A DNA stretch of 56,120 nucleotides, filler included, from Sphacelaria rigidula (taxonomy: Eukaryota), in the NCBI GenBank assembly GCA_964200075.2. It is 3 parts of 3 records of this genome, joined end to end, with 100 filler letters (N's around TTAATTAATTAA, not from the genome) between each part and the next. Parts side by side here need not be neighbours in the genome. Positions count along the whole stretch, not along the records: positions 18,743 to 37,382 come from CAXNAA020000821.1; 2 more parts are not named here. One strand, given 5' to 3'. The notes under the pieces are model-generated. The model was not told where the DNA came from. It saw only the letters and a list, made by a program, of their open reading frames with translations, and did not search any database. Each line of letters begins with the position of its first letter. Position 1 is the first letter of the stretch. Positions 22,313-34,300 of the stretch are shown piece after piece. The translations under genes were made by a program, and so were the position numbers.

Positions 22313-25300
22313 GCAGGGGGAGGCAGAGGAAGAAGTACCTTTGTTGCGAGAAACATGAACAATCGTTATGCTCGTATGAGGGATTGATAACCATCGCCAT
22401 TTGTAATGACGCATTTTTTACTTGTCTTTCCGAGTACTAAGGCCAACTCTTATGGGAGCGTTTAGAATTGTATTTTGCAATAATTTTCGACGATTTTTTT
22501 TTCTTTGCCGTGGTTGTGTATTTTGTGCCCGTTCACCATGATGACAAAGAAAAAAAAATCCTCTGAAATTGTTGCAAAATAAATTTACAAACGCTCCCAC
22601 AAGAGTTGGCCTAAATTGGCCTAAAGACCGACTCTAATGGGAGCCGTTCAAAATTCCTGTTTAAAACTGACGGGCCCTTTCCGTCGTTTTACGCCTGGAA
22701 AGAGGGTTAGGTGAATGTTGACGCCATGGAATGACTCGCTCTGCACATTGTGGGCGTTCCAGGGCAACTTTGCATTTCCCGTTGGCCGCACTTTCATTTT
22801 TGGCCAAACACAGATTTTCAACAAAAAACGGCCAAGCGATCAAAAAACAGGGGGAGATTTTAATCACCTGATCGTTTTTTACTGAAAATCCGTGTGTGGC
22901 CTGATTTGGCCAAAAACAAAGGTGCGGCCAGCGGGAAATGCAGAGTTTTCCTAGAATGCTCTCAACGAGTAGAGCAAGTCATTCCGAGGCGTCAACATCC
23001 CGCTAGCCCTTTCTTTGGGCGTAAATCGACTGAGAAGGGCCCAAAAGGCAGTTTTCAACAGAAATTTTGAACGGCTCCGATAAGAGTTGTCTCAACCCTT
23101 AGACAGCGAGGGTAGGTCATCTGTTGAATCGGCATCAATTTCACTTGAAAAAAGTATGCATGGAGCAATGCTACGGTAGGGGTGCACTTTTTTCGCGAAA
23201 TTATGTCTGTTTCAGGGGCTCCTAACGATTCTAGATGCACAAAAATATGGGTCAGGGCATCCCCGTTTACAAATTGATTCGGGATGTCCCCAGCACATTG
23301 GAGTAGTAATCCTGAAGTACTTTCATATTTTTTCATAGGTCGTGTTTTGCATGAGATAAAGGGTTCCTAATAATTCTAACCTCGGAAAATATGTGTGCAC
23401 CCCTACCGTAGCATCACTCCATGATCCAGTTTGACTACCCTCGCGGTCTAAGGGTTTAAAGCCCATTATTTTCGACACTATTTTGGTTGATATGTGGTCT
23501 GCAAAAAAGGGAACACCCTGGTGGTTTCGGAACAAAAGGGGTAACGCATTTTTCGGTTTGGGACGCGGCGCTGCAGGCGAGCGGAACACCTCGAAAACAC
23601 ATTCCAGCGCCTCAGGTTCACGCCCAAGGTGTCGGAGCAGAATCTCCGACCATTTTCTTTCATTTTCACACGTGGAACTAGGCTCAACAACGACACGGAA
23701 AAGGGAAGCCTGTGTGGGAGTACCAGTATCCTTTTTTGTAGGAAAGAAAAACAGTATGGTGCGCCCTGCTCTCTGCTAAAAAACTCTCTTACCCTTTTCT
23801 GTTCACGTGTGGGCCCTTTTGTTAATGGTCAAGTGCATACATACCCTTTATTGCCCTTTTTTGTGAAGTGGCGACCGTGCTGCCGGTTCCGCAGAAGATA
23901 CGCCGAAGTCACAACCATGTTCATGTACAAGGCCAAAACCCAACGACCAAGAAATTGTAGCCCCCTCCTGGTTGGCCCGCAGACACGGAATATCCGACGA
24001 TGCAGACAGGGAGCGAACGCTTGTCTGCTGGAGCTCACAAAGATCCAAGGAGCATGCCTGAAAAGTCTTGCCGACACACACAGGCCCGAATGGCATTACA
24101 CAGGCACGTTGGACCTTTGCGAGCTCCGGCACACAAGCGTTCGCGTCCTGGATGTATCGCCGGATCTTCCGGGTCTGCGAGGGCCAACCAGCAAGGGCCA
24201 CAATTTTTTGGGCGTTGGGTTTCGGCCTTTTTGGCGGGGTGTAATTCACAAACAAAAACGGGTATGGATGTGACTGTTCGGCGTATCTCTGCGGAGCCGG
24301 CGGTACGGTCACCACTTTACCAAAAAGGGTAATGAAGGGTACGCACTTGAGCATTAAAAAAAAAGAGCAAGATTTAGTTTTTAGCAGAGAGCAGGGTGTA
24401 CCCCCCGGGTTTGTTTACACAAAAGGGTAGTCTCATAGGCTGGCTTTTTCCGCGCTGTAGGTAAGCCAACTACCACGTATGAAAATGAAAACAAATGGTG
24501 GGGCATGCTGCCCAGACACCCTGCGAGGGGGCTGAGGCGCTGGAACGTGTTTCCGAGGTGTTCAGCCCGCGTGCGGCGCCTCGCCTCGGACCGAATAATT
24601 ATCTACCTTTTTTTGTTCCAAAAGCACCGGGGTGTACCCTTTTTTGCATGTTTTCCTTGTCTCATTGACCAGGTTACCGCGAAGAATATGCGGGGAAAGT
24701 GGTGACGACATATATCCTGTGGCACGTACATAAAAGAAGGTGTTCAATCCCTTGGAAATGCAACACACGTGCACCGAGTTCATCCTGAATTCCAAACAAC
24801 CATCGCATTTCGTACTGTTGATAGTTACTATAACGTTCCAACAGAGACCTTTCGCATTTTTTTCATTTTCACTTGGGGGTGCTACAGTGGAGTCGATGGC
24901 TATCGGCGAAAGAAACAGATCGTTTATACTGTAGGAATCCCCCCCCCCCCCAACAAAATTGTGCTTCCGGGAGAACATGGAGGGGAAACCGTTGTGAAGG
25001 GTGTCATTTTCCGTCTCTTGGGCNNNNNNNNNNTTTCACGTGGGGGGGCGACAGGGGAGTGGTTCGCGAACGGCAAAAAAAAAAGATCCTTTTTGCTTTA
25101 GGAAGCCTCCCCCCCCCCCAACAAAATTGTGCTTCCGGGAGAACATGGAGGGGAAACCGTTGTGAAGGGTGTCATTTTCCGTCTTTTGGTCCAAAAGCGC
25201 AAGTTTCCGGCTGTAACGCGACACGTAGCTAGACATTGAAAAGGCATCGCAGCGAGACCACGCAATTGTCCACAACGATCGGGATTAGTTCGAGCAATAC

Positions 25301-28300
25301 AAATTATTGAAGCACTGGAGCGTAGGAATTTCTACCACAGAGCCATCGATGATCGTTTAGCGCGTAAGCCGATAAATGCTTATCCTAGAACTGATCATCC
25401 TTTCGGAATTTGTGTAGGGTAGTATTATCCAAGCCCCCCTACCGATTACAGTCCATGACCACCCCCCTCCCCCCTCCCTCCCTCGGAGGCTCTCGGCATA
25501 GTACTAATGAGGAAACCTAATAAAGTCCGGCAGAGAATACTGTGAGTAGAGTACTTACTATCGCCATTTTCTATGGTATGTAAGGGGCAACCCCACTCAA
25601 GAAGATCATTCCCCCCTCAGGTCTCACCCATGATGAGCATTTCCTAAAAACCGAGAGGGTGGGTACTGGGCTAAAGTTGTTTCGGCCCTTTGATGTAGTA
25701 CTCACCGTCGGTATTATCTATGGTATATGGGGGTACCCCTCTTCGCAACGGGTGTACCCCCAGCACAATCAGGCCTCCCCGATGGCCAGCTTTTCATAAA
25801 ATCGAGAGGGTGGGTCATGGCCTGTAGTTGATTCCGATATAAAATCAAACGTTTTTCTGTAATGATCATGGTAACCGAAACACCTGAACAAACCGCTTTC
25901 GACCGAAATTTTTCCGTTTGAATGGCGAGTACTTCAGCCTAGTTTATTTAGTCCACGCGAAAAACCGTCACTAACTGACCAACGGATATCGTCCGACTTG
26001 ATCCCTGTGGTAGGTGGAGGAGGTGCTAGATCCCCGACTGAAGGGCAAACCTATCGGCATCCGACAGAAGTACCTCCTGGTCACGTGCAACTACACCGCG
26101 AGACGAATGGGGGCGAGGAAGATGGAAAGCGTCGCTGAGGCAAGAGTCGCTCTTTCTGCTGCCCTTCTTAGAGGGGCCGCATTTCAGGTTGGAGGAAAAA
26201 CTGCCGGTGATTCCCGGGAACTGCCGCCATTAACGATGAAAGGGCAAAGATCCGTTGGAACCAACGACATTCTCACTCTGCAACACTTACTGTAGGGTCT
26301 CACCGCAGGATGGTGCCCATTCGGTTGAACTCTCGAAGTGATATCGCAATAGATGCACAAAGGTATGAAAACGCAGTACTTCAAGAATATGAATGCCAAA
26401 TCCTTTAAAGTAGACGTCTGGCGGGCCGACTGTTTTTGCCATCCGGAACAGGCTAAAAAGAGGTGCCCGAGCCTGGTGGTGATGGACGGCGAGGATCTCA
26501 CTCGGTACCGGGAAGCTTCAGAAGCAATATTCAGGTAGGCTCGGCGTGCGGCACGTTGAACCCAGCTCCTACCCGAGAGACTTTTCGTGATGAAACGGCG
26601 TTGAACGCGGTTTTGACGTGCAGCTATATCGGTACAAGTGATTCATGCTGCCAGCAATAAACCCAAGAATCCTCCTACCACAACGTTCCTCGTGACGCCC
26701 GGGAAAGTACATGCCGTTGAAGATATCCACTTGACGCCGAGGACGACAAGCACAATGCCTTTTCCAGATCTCGCCTGGGGGCTGCCGCAGTACCCAGTTC
26801 CACAAGGAAGTACATGTATATATATATCCCCCCATTTGTTGGCTTCCTATCACTTTTGTAGCGCCCCGCCCCGCATACACAAGCATCACACGCGCACACC
26901 CCAGTAGTGTGCAGCATTTGCGGGGATCGCTGTCGACTACACGCACAACACGAAGCTACTCTTATTAGTTGCTTCCGTTTCTGTGCTCGGAATGTTATTG
27001 GACCTTGCTGTGAACTCTCACCCTTGTTGCAGTTGTGACGTTCAAATATTCGGGATGCGGACATGGTCAAAACCCTAGGGCACATACATGCCTGCTCTAG
27101 ATCGAACGTGATGCCTTCTCGACCCGAAGACAAACTTTTGAGGTTTCGGAATGACCACGACCTATATATGGCCGGTCGCCCTTGTGGCTCAGTCGGCAAC
27201 CTCGAAACCCTCTGACGGTTGGGTCGTGGGTTCGAATATTGGTGTAGTCGCATGATCTGAGTTTTTTTCTCACATCGTGCCAAACAGTGCAGAGCGACTA
27301 TGTCGCGGGTACACGAAATTCGACTTCACGGCCGACCAGGGAAAGGGACCGCAGAAGGAAGGCGAAGAACTGTAACGAATTAAAAAAACGTATGTTGATC
27401 CTCCTCCTGTGTGACTGCGACTGATGCGCCCTCATATACCGAAAGGTATAGACTGGCGTCCAGAATAGATGGGATGACAACACACCACACGACCTAAATG
27501 TGCCGACATTGTTCCGCAAATACCTCATGTCCTTGAAATCGTCTTGCCTTATTCAGCCTTAGGAGTCATGAATTGATACTTCACACACGTTTTTCGCACC
27601 CACAATTCAAATAGTCATATTACATCATATTTTCGATATTGCCCTCCGAGGCCGCCACTCAAGTTTCAGGAATTTGAAAGATGGCCGAAACATACAAAAA
27701 AAATCAAAGAATCACCGATGAACACGGCCCCAGGGAAATTAACGGAAAAAGTGACCCAGCTTGGTTGTGTTCCTCGGTGTATCCAATTTCAGTTCTTAAA
27801 TCCAAAACTGGGCGAGGGAAAAGCTTGAGACAGGACTCTTGTTCCTCGTGAAGGCTTTGTGCTTGACCGGCGATTCGTGTATCTTGTGCATGTGTCCATG
27901 TTCCTGGACCGGTTCAACCATGATACCTTGGTATGTTCCCTTTTTGCAGTCAGTCGGCTTCAAAGATAGTCATGTGAGATCTTCAGTATTGCCGTCTAGT
28001 TTGAATACTGCCATGTGGATTGTTTCACCAGAGCCGACTACGTGTATTTTCATACCGGCAGGCATGGGTCAAATGAACCGTGTTGTCATGTCGGAAACCT
28101 ACCACCGATACGGCACGTGTCGTCTCGAAATTAAATGTATTGTTTCGGAAGGACCAGGTGCCAATTTGCCGGGTTTGTGTTCCGTTTGAGCATCATACAT
28201 TTGTTCCGGTTCGGAAAACGCATGCTTCGGTTCAGGACATTTTTCACTCGTCCAGCACTTTTGCATGACTCAGCGGAATTACACGCGTCTTTTCCGGGTT

Positions 28301-31300
28301 CGAAGATGGTCGTGTGAGATTGTTGCCCGATTCGATACGGTAATGTTAGAACTTGGCTTGCACGTGAAAATCCTGGGTGTTTTTACTTGGGATCAGCTTG
28401 TGTAGTAGTTTTATACGTAATTTACGCGGAGAGAGCTACTGCGTCAGACATGGCTATTGTCAGTCCGAATATTTTCCGGTGTTGGACATTTACCCTGTCG
28501 TTGATATATTATTGGAAGACGGAGTTGCATCCGTTTTTCAGGCAGCCACTATCTTATTTGAGCGAAGCACAGGCTAGAGCCCCTGCTCCGGCTCCTGCTC
28601 GTGGCACCCGTGTGGTGACGCCTACTTCACGCCTCGGTCACCCGCTGTGCGCAAGGGGACCTTTCGGATTATTGTTGGGTGCCGACAGTCCCGTAACAAT
28701 TTTTCATTGACGTTTTGGCGATAGTGTCTCCGACCTTCTTCGTAAATTGGTGTTGTCGCGGTCTATTTGCACGTCCTCGCCCTCAAAGGGGAAACACCAT
28801 GCCTGTAAAAAGAGTAAATACTAGTCCGTTGCCTGCCTGTGATGCTGTGTACATCTTGCAAGCAGACGTGTCAAGTGTTTTCAAAATTCCATGCTTTACT
28901 AGAGGATGCATACAGTGCTCCGACAGCTGTCGACCTGTGTGGTGCTGCTGCAGTTACGTCAGCAGAGTGTGCGGCCCTCTAGTGCAACGACTGGGCATGG
29001 ACGAGATATTTGCAGACGTCACGAACTACATCCGCGGCCAAGGGTCCGTCGCGGATATGTTGTGTGACAACGGTGACACGACCGAGATAGCGTCTCAGCC
29101 GCCAGGGAAGGAGAAGGATGGCGCTGGCAATATATTCACGGGGCACGTCTATACTCCTGGGAGCGGGGGGCGCCTGCTTGAGGCGCAAACAGGGCTCGAG
29201 ATATCGCTAGGATCCGGCGCAGGAGATGGAAGTGTACGCAGCCGGCGTGAAAGTGGAAAATATAGACAAGAGGGCCACGGTACGGTGAATCGTGATCGTG
29301 CTGGAGGTGTGTCGTGGGATTCCGCGAGTAACTCTTCGTGTACACCCGAAGACTTGGTACCAGGAGCACCACTTGCGGCAGCGAAGAGTTCCCTGTCCCA
29401 GCAGGGACGAAGCAATGGACCATCTGCTGCTGGTGTGACACCCGCAGGAGGTAGTGGTGGTGATTGTGCAGGAAAGTGCCGGTGCGGATGCATTGAGCGT
29501 TTAGCCAGGGCAAGCGCGTTCGCAGAACGCGTGCGACGAGGTCTGCGGATTGAGGTAAAGGGCATAGTGTGAAAATATCTTCGTTGTTGCTCCATTCAAG
29601 GCGGCGGATTTTGTACTGAATTACAATGCGCTCCATGGCCAACGCTGTACAAACCAGCGAGGCTCATGAGTTTCCTCGGCGAATTAATCGATCACGTGTC
29701 GTACCCCGTGAGAGATGCTGTGGGAGCATTCTACCCATGCACATTCTGCGGATTCTTGCGCTTGTGCTTTCGATAGAAATATATGCCTGATCGCAATTTT
29801 GGGATCATACGATCGAAGGGAGTGCATGCGTATGCTCCGCTCTACTCACCCGCCGCCGCCCTCCGCGCGTGCGAAGTTCAGGTTGGATACACGTGTAGTG
29901 CCGGAATTGGCTGTTCGAAAGCAGCAGCGAAGTTGGCGGGAGAGCTGCATAAGCCTGACCAGCAGACAACCATCCTGCCCGAGTGAGTCAGCTGATACGA
30001 AATGGACGGAATCATTGATGGCAACCAGCACGTGCACGACGATATTCCTGACATTATTTGCCAGTGGGTCTTTTGGCACACACTGTGCGAGAGTTCAAAT
30101 TTCTGAGTATATGTGATTTTTTTTCGCACGGATTCTTGGATAACTTCTAGCAGGGTGACCTGCTGTGTGTGTTCTGTGTACTGCGTCTCCCGCTCATTGC
30201 ACGTGTGCAACATCTCCGATCTTGGTATGACAGCACAACCGATGCAAAGCGATCCCAAGAAGTGATATGACAATGACCTACTAGGTATATGGAACACAAT
30301 GTTCTCGACCGCGAATGTGTATCTAATCGACGTTCCTCATCGTGCTGGCCGTTGCTGTCGATGTCATTGAAAGGCACACCGCATCCATGATAACGCAGCT
30401 TCCGCTTCGGAAGTTGCCGGGGTGTGGATATTCAACCTGTGCCAAGATCAAAACAGAGTTAGGGTGAGCAAGAAAAACGCATGTCCGGCCGCTACCTCGT
30501 CATTGCATGCCAAGCGCAGAATATAGCCCTCGCCAGAACTTAGCGTTTCGTAGTGGTCTGCACAATGAGAACAGTCGGGATCGACAGTTCTCGAGTTTAT
30601 TGCATGTAGCGCCGCAACATTTCGCCATGTAGCTTCTTTGCTCACCATTTCACACCGGGTCACATTGGTCGTACCGTCGCGCCGATGAACCAGGATAACG
30701 GAAACCCGGCAAATGCAGAAAGCGCCCTGGCCGCTCCTACTGAAAGCGGTTGGCCATAAGCTGGCAGTTGTACTGTACTTACTATGCAGGTGAGCAAAGT
30801 TGATGAGCCGAAATCCGACATTTTGAGATGTAACATCTTGTGGTTGCTGCTTTCTCGGTGACGCAGGCTGTTAGTGTTGGAACAGGAATGGCCGCGTCTG
30901 CCTGGACGTCGATGTACCACAGCGTCTGCTCATTATTGTTCAGTAGTGCTGGGCTTGACTTGTGCCATGCACGTCCCAGTTGGCGTTACCGCGCTCTCTC
31001 TGCGTTGCACGTTCCAGCGGAACAAGGCAACGGCAGCCTGCGATAATATTCCCTTGCCTTTCTCACGGTTGGGTCGTGGGTTCGAATGTCGGTGAAGTCA
31101 CACGATGTGGGATTTTCCTCATATCTTGCCGCAACACTGGAGAGTGACCATGTCGTGGGTACACAACGTTCCACGCCCGACTCGACGGTTGATGAGGGAA
31201 AGGGACGCCTGACTCTTCTCGCGATGGAAAGTAAACCAAGCACCGCAGAAGGAAGGTAGGGTCCTAATGAAACTTTGAAAATACAACTCCTGTGTTGACT

Positions 31301-34300
31301 TTCCCGTGTGACCCCGGCTGATGCGCCGGTATATACCGAAAGGGGTAGACTGACGACCGATTCTGTAGAAGCCCCTGATAGGAAGTACTGGATCGTACGC
31401 ATTTCCTGTCGCCATTTGTCCACCGCCGAGATGAGACCAACTGTCTTTTGGCGCTCTTGAACGCGGCACCCAGCAGGGGCGAGGACCCAACTCCGGTGAT
31501 GCCGTCCGTTCGACCCAAGACCATGAGTGACGAAGACTCCTTCAAACGTGGCTCTGTTAGATCCCGAGAGCAGGTGCGGCGTTGTTGTTGTCTGCCGAAC
31601 CTGTTCAGAGGTTGTTTCCACGGCCCGCCTCAGCGAAGCTGCTTGTTTGGAGAATAGGGTGAGCAGTGTGCCGCCGCGCCCCAGTGGTGTAACGGTCTGA
31701 CTGTCGCCATTAGGGTGGAGAGAACGGGGGTTCCATTCCCGATGCATGCGTTGGGTTTTTTCGTCGTAATGAATGATTTGTACCGGGGAAAGCGTGAGAA
31801 CGTGAGTAAACAAAGTAGTCGACTGGGTTTGTGTGACGGTGAGTTGACGCGGTGCAGGAGTGCTGACCCAATCCGCGAGACCAAAATGAAAGGCGCGTAC
31901 CGGGGGAGAGATGGGTTAAGCCTTTTGAGACCACGGACTCATCCCGGGGAAGGGGAGGGGTTCAAAGTGTGAGGAAAAACAGAAAAAAAGTGTAGGTTTT
32001 GTTCACTGCCTCACATTACCCATGTATAAAACACAAAATTTAACATAAGCAGTCATTCAGCAGTCAACCGTCACTTCCTGTTGACATAATTTGTATACGA
32101 CTCTCTGTTTGATAGCCATAAGTATGGTGTATGGGACTGATTCGCCCTCGCTGTTCGTCTACGTTCAACTCGTGCATAACTTACCATGCGCACACTCCGC
32201 AAGGTGGAACGACACATCCGACGCCTTGCGGCCCCATTGCTCCTTCGCGCTGGAGAACGCGTACGTAGTCACAAAGAATCGCCGGAAACGCTACGGCTAG
32301 GGGTGCGCCGCGCTAGCAAAGGGTACGGCCATCGCGTTACACGCCAATGCGCCATTTCTTCGGGATTCGCCGCCGCGTGGGGGCTGGTCGGGGAAGATGT
32401 AGCTGCCGCGGCGGCAGCGGAGGCTGGGGGCTTGCCGGCATCGTGGAAAGCCATGGGGGCCGCAGAAGCCGTAGCGACAGGGGCACGTATCTACGAAGAG
32501 CTTCGGCGAGACGATTTGGTACAAACATCGGATCCGGAACTCCTAGACGTACCAAACAACAGCGAACACAGACTTGTGGACGGTGCGCAGGATTCATCTG
32601 GCGGCCACACGCAAAGTCAATCGCAAAAGAGTATTAGCGACACCTCTGCTAGTCATGGCGGACCAGTTGAGGAATCAAGCCTTAGGAATTGCGATCGATT
32701 AACGGGGGAAAAGAGAAAAAGCGTCACCCTGAGTGCCGCTTCGGAGGCATCTCGATCACAGCACGGCGACAGGGCGTTGGACGCGCTGTCGGAAGTGGTG
32801 AGGCTGGCGATGATCATGTTTGACAAGATTGTTCCCCCGGGAGAGAACATGGACATAACATTGCTCAGCGTTGGGTTAGCGTCATTCAGTCCCCTCAGGG
32901 GCAGTGCGCAGACGGGAATAGCCAGGTGAGGCATCATAGAGAGGGGGTATTCTACTGATGCAATAGAGTTTAAAGCTGCTCCACCGATCATAGGGGGAGG
33001 TTTCCAATATTTATGCATGGACGGTATGTTTCAGCAGTTCTGGGTGACCGCGGGGTTCATTTTTCCGCTACACCATCGAATGTGAGCGTACTACCTGCGC
33101 GCGATAGATATCATGTGACCTGAACAACAAAAGGTCTTCGCGCCCACTTCGAACGAACCATTGCCGACTCATACTCTAGGATTGCATTCCTCTTCGCATC
33201 ACACCTGAAGACATAATTTCCCCGCAAGTTACGACGATTCACACGCAAGCGCACCAAATCTCATTATCTCATCCTCAATAAATACGGGGTTGGTGCCTGG
33301 CTGGCCGGTATTTCTCAGTGCCCCGATATCGTGCTCGTGCACATTGAGAACACGGGATTGTACAAATTGGGGATGGATTTTTTATTGGGGATGAGAACCC
33401 AGAGAGTTGAAACCTTCGTATCCACACCAAATCTTCGAACATCCATCTAGGACCCCGACATTTCGGTTATCGGAATCCAAATTTGTATGGCTTGTAGCAG
33501 TTGTCAACAGCTACCACCAAGTGAAGAAATGGAACCATGTTTCGAAGATTTGGTGTGGATACGAAGATTTTATTTCTCTGGGTTCTTATCCCCAATAAAA
33601 AATCCATCCCCAATTTGTAAAATCTCGTGTTTGAGGCGTTTCTGTATCTGGATGAAAGAGGGCTGTACTCGTGATCATGCATGCCATAGTCGTATGACCA
33701 TTGACCTCGCATCCCTACAAAGCCGGGACGGAGCACGCCGGGTTTTCGCCGGAAATGAGGGGGGGCAGAAAGAGGATACGCCGGGGACTTGGGTAACGAG
33801 GAAACCGAGTGTAGCGGGGAAACGGTGCGTAATAGCGGCATTTTGCCGTCTCCCTTGTGTCCATGTCAGAAGTCGGAAGGCGTGGAGCAGTAGTATGGCT
33901 CGGACACATGTTTGGTAAGGCTTGTGCACAATTATTTGTACCACCTCGCTTCTTTTTCAGGTCCTAAGGTGTTGTTCTGGTGCTTTGTGGGGGCGTCCTG
34001 CCGTGTTTTTTTGCAAAAAGCCAAATGTGAACAAAGTATACGGAGTCTCGATATTGGAAATTACATAGAATTTGCCGTCGATTGACCCATTGCTGCGGCA
34101 TGGAGAATCATGACCTGCATATATTTTTGACACAGCCGCATGATCGGACATGTCACGAGCGATTGGTATGATGATCGATGGGGTATCACTTTGCCCGAGA
34201 GCTGCGGTATCGTGTACGAAGTCTGTGCGAAAACTTTTTCTTCACAGATGCGGGTGATGAACCTCGTGAGAGCTCGGACCTCTTCTACTTGGACGCCAGT

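Noticed and set aside
24935..25190. About 85 bp direct repeat either side of an N-gap (similar case at 51570-51830)
   Set aside because: Typical overlapping contig ends near poly-C tracts; assembly artefact.
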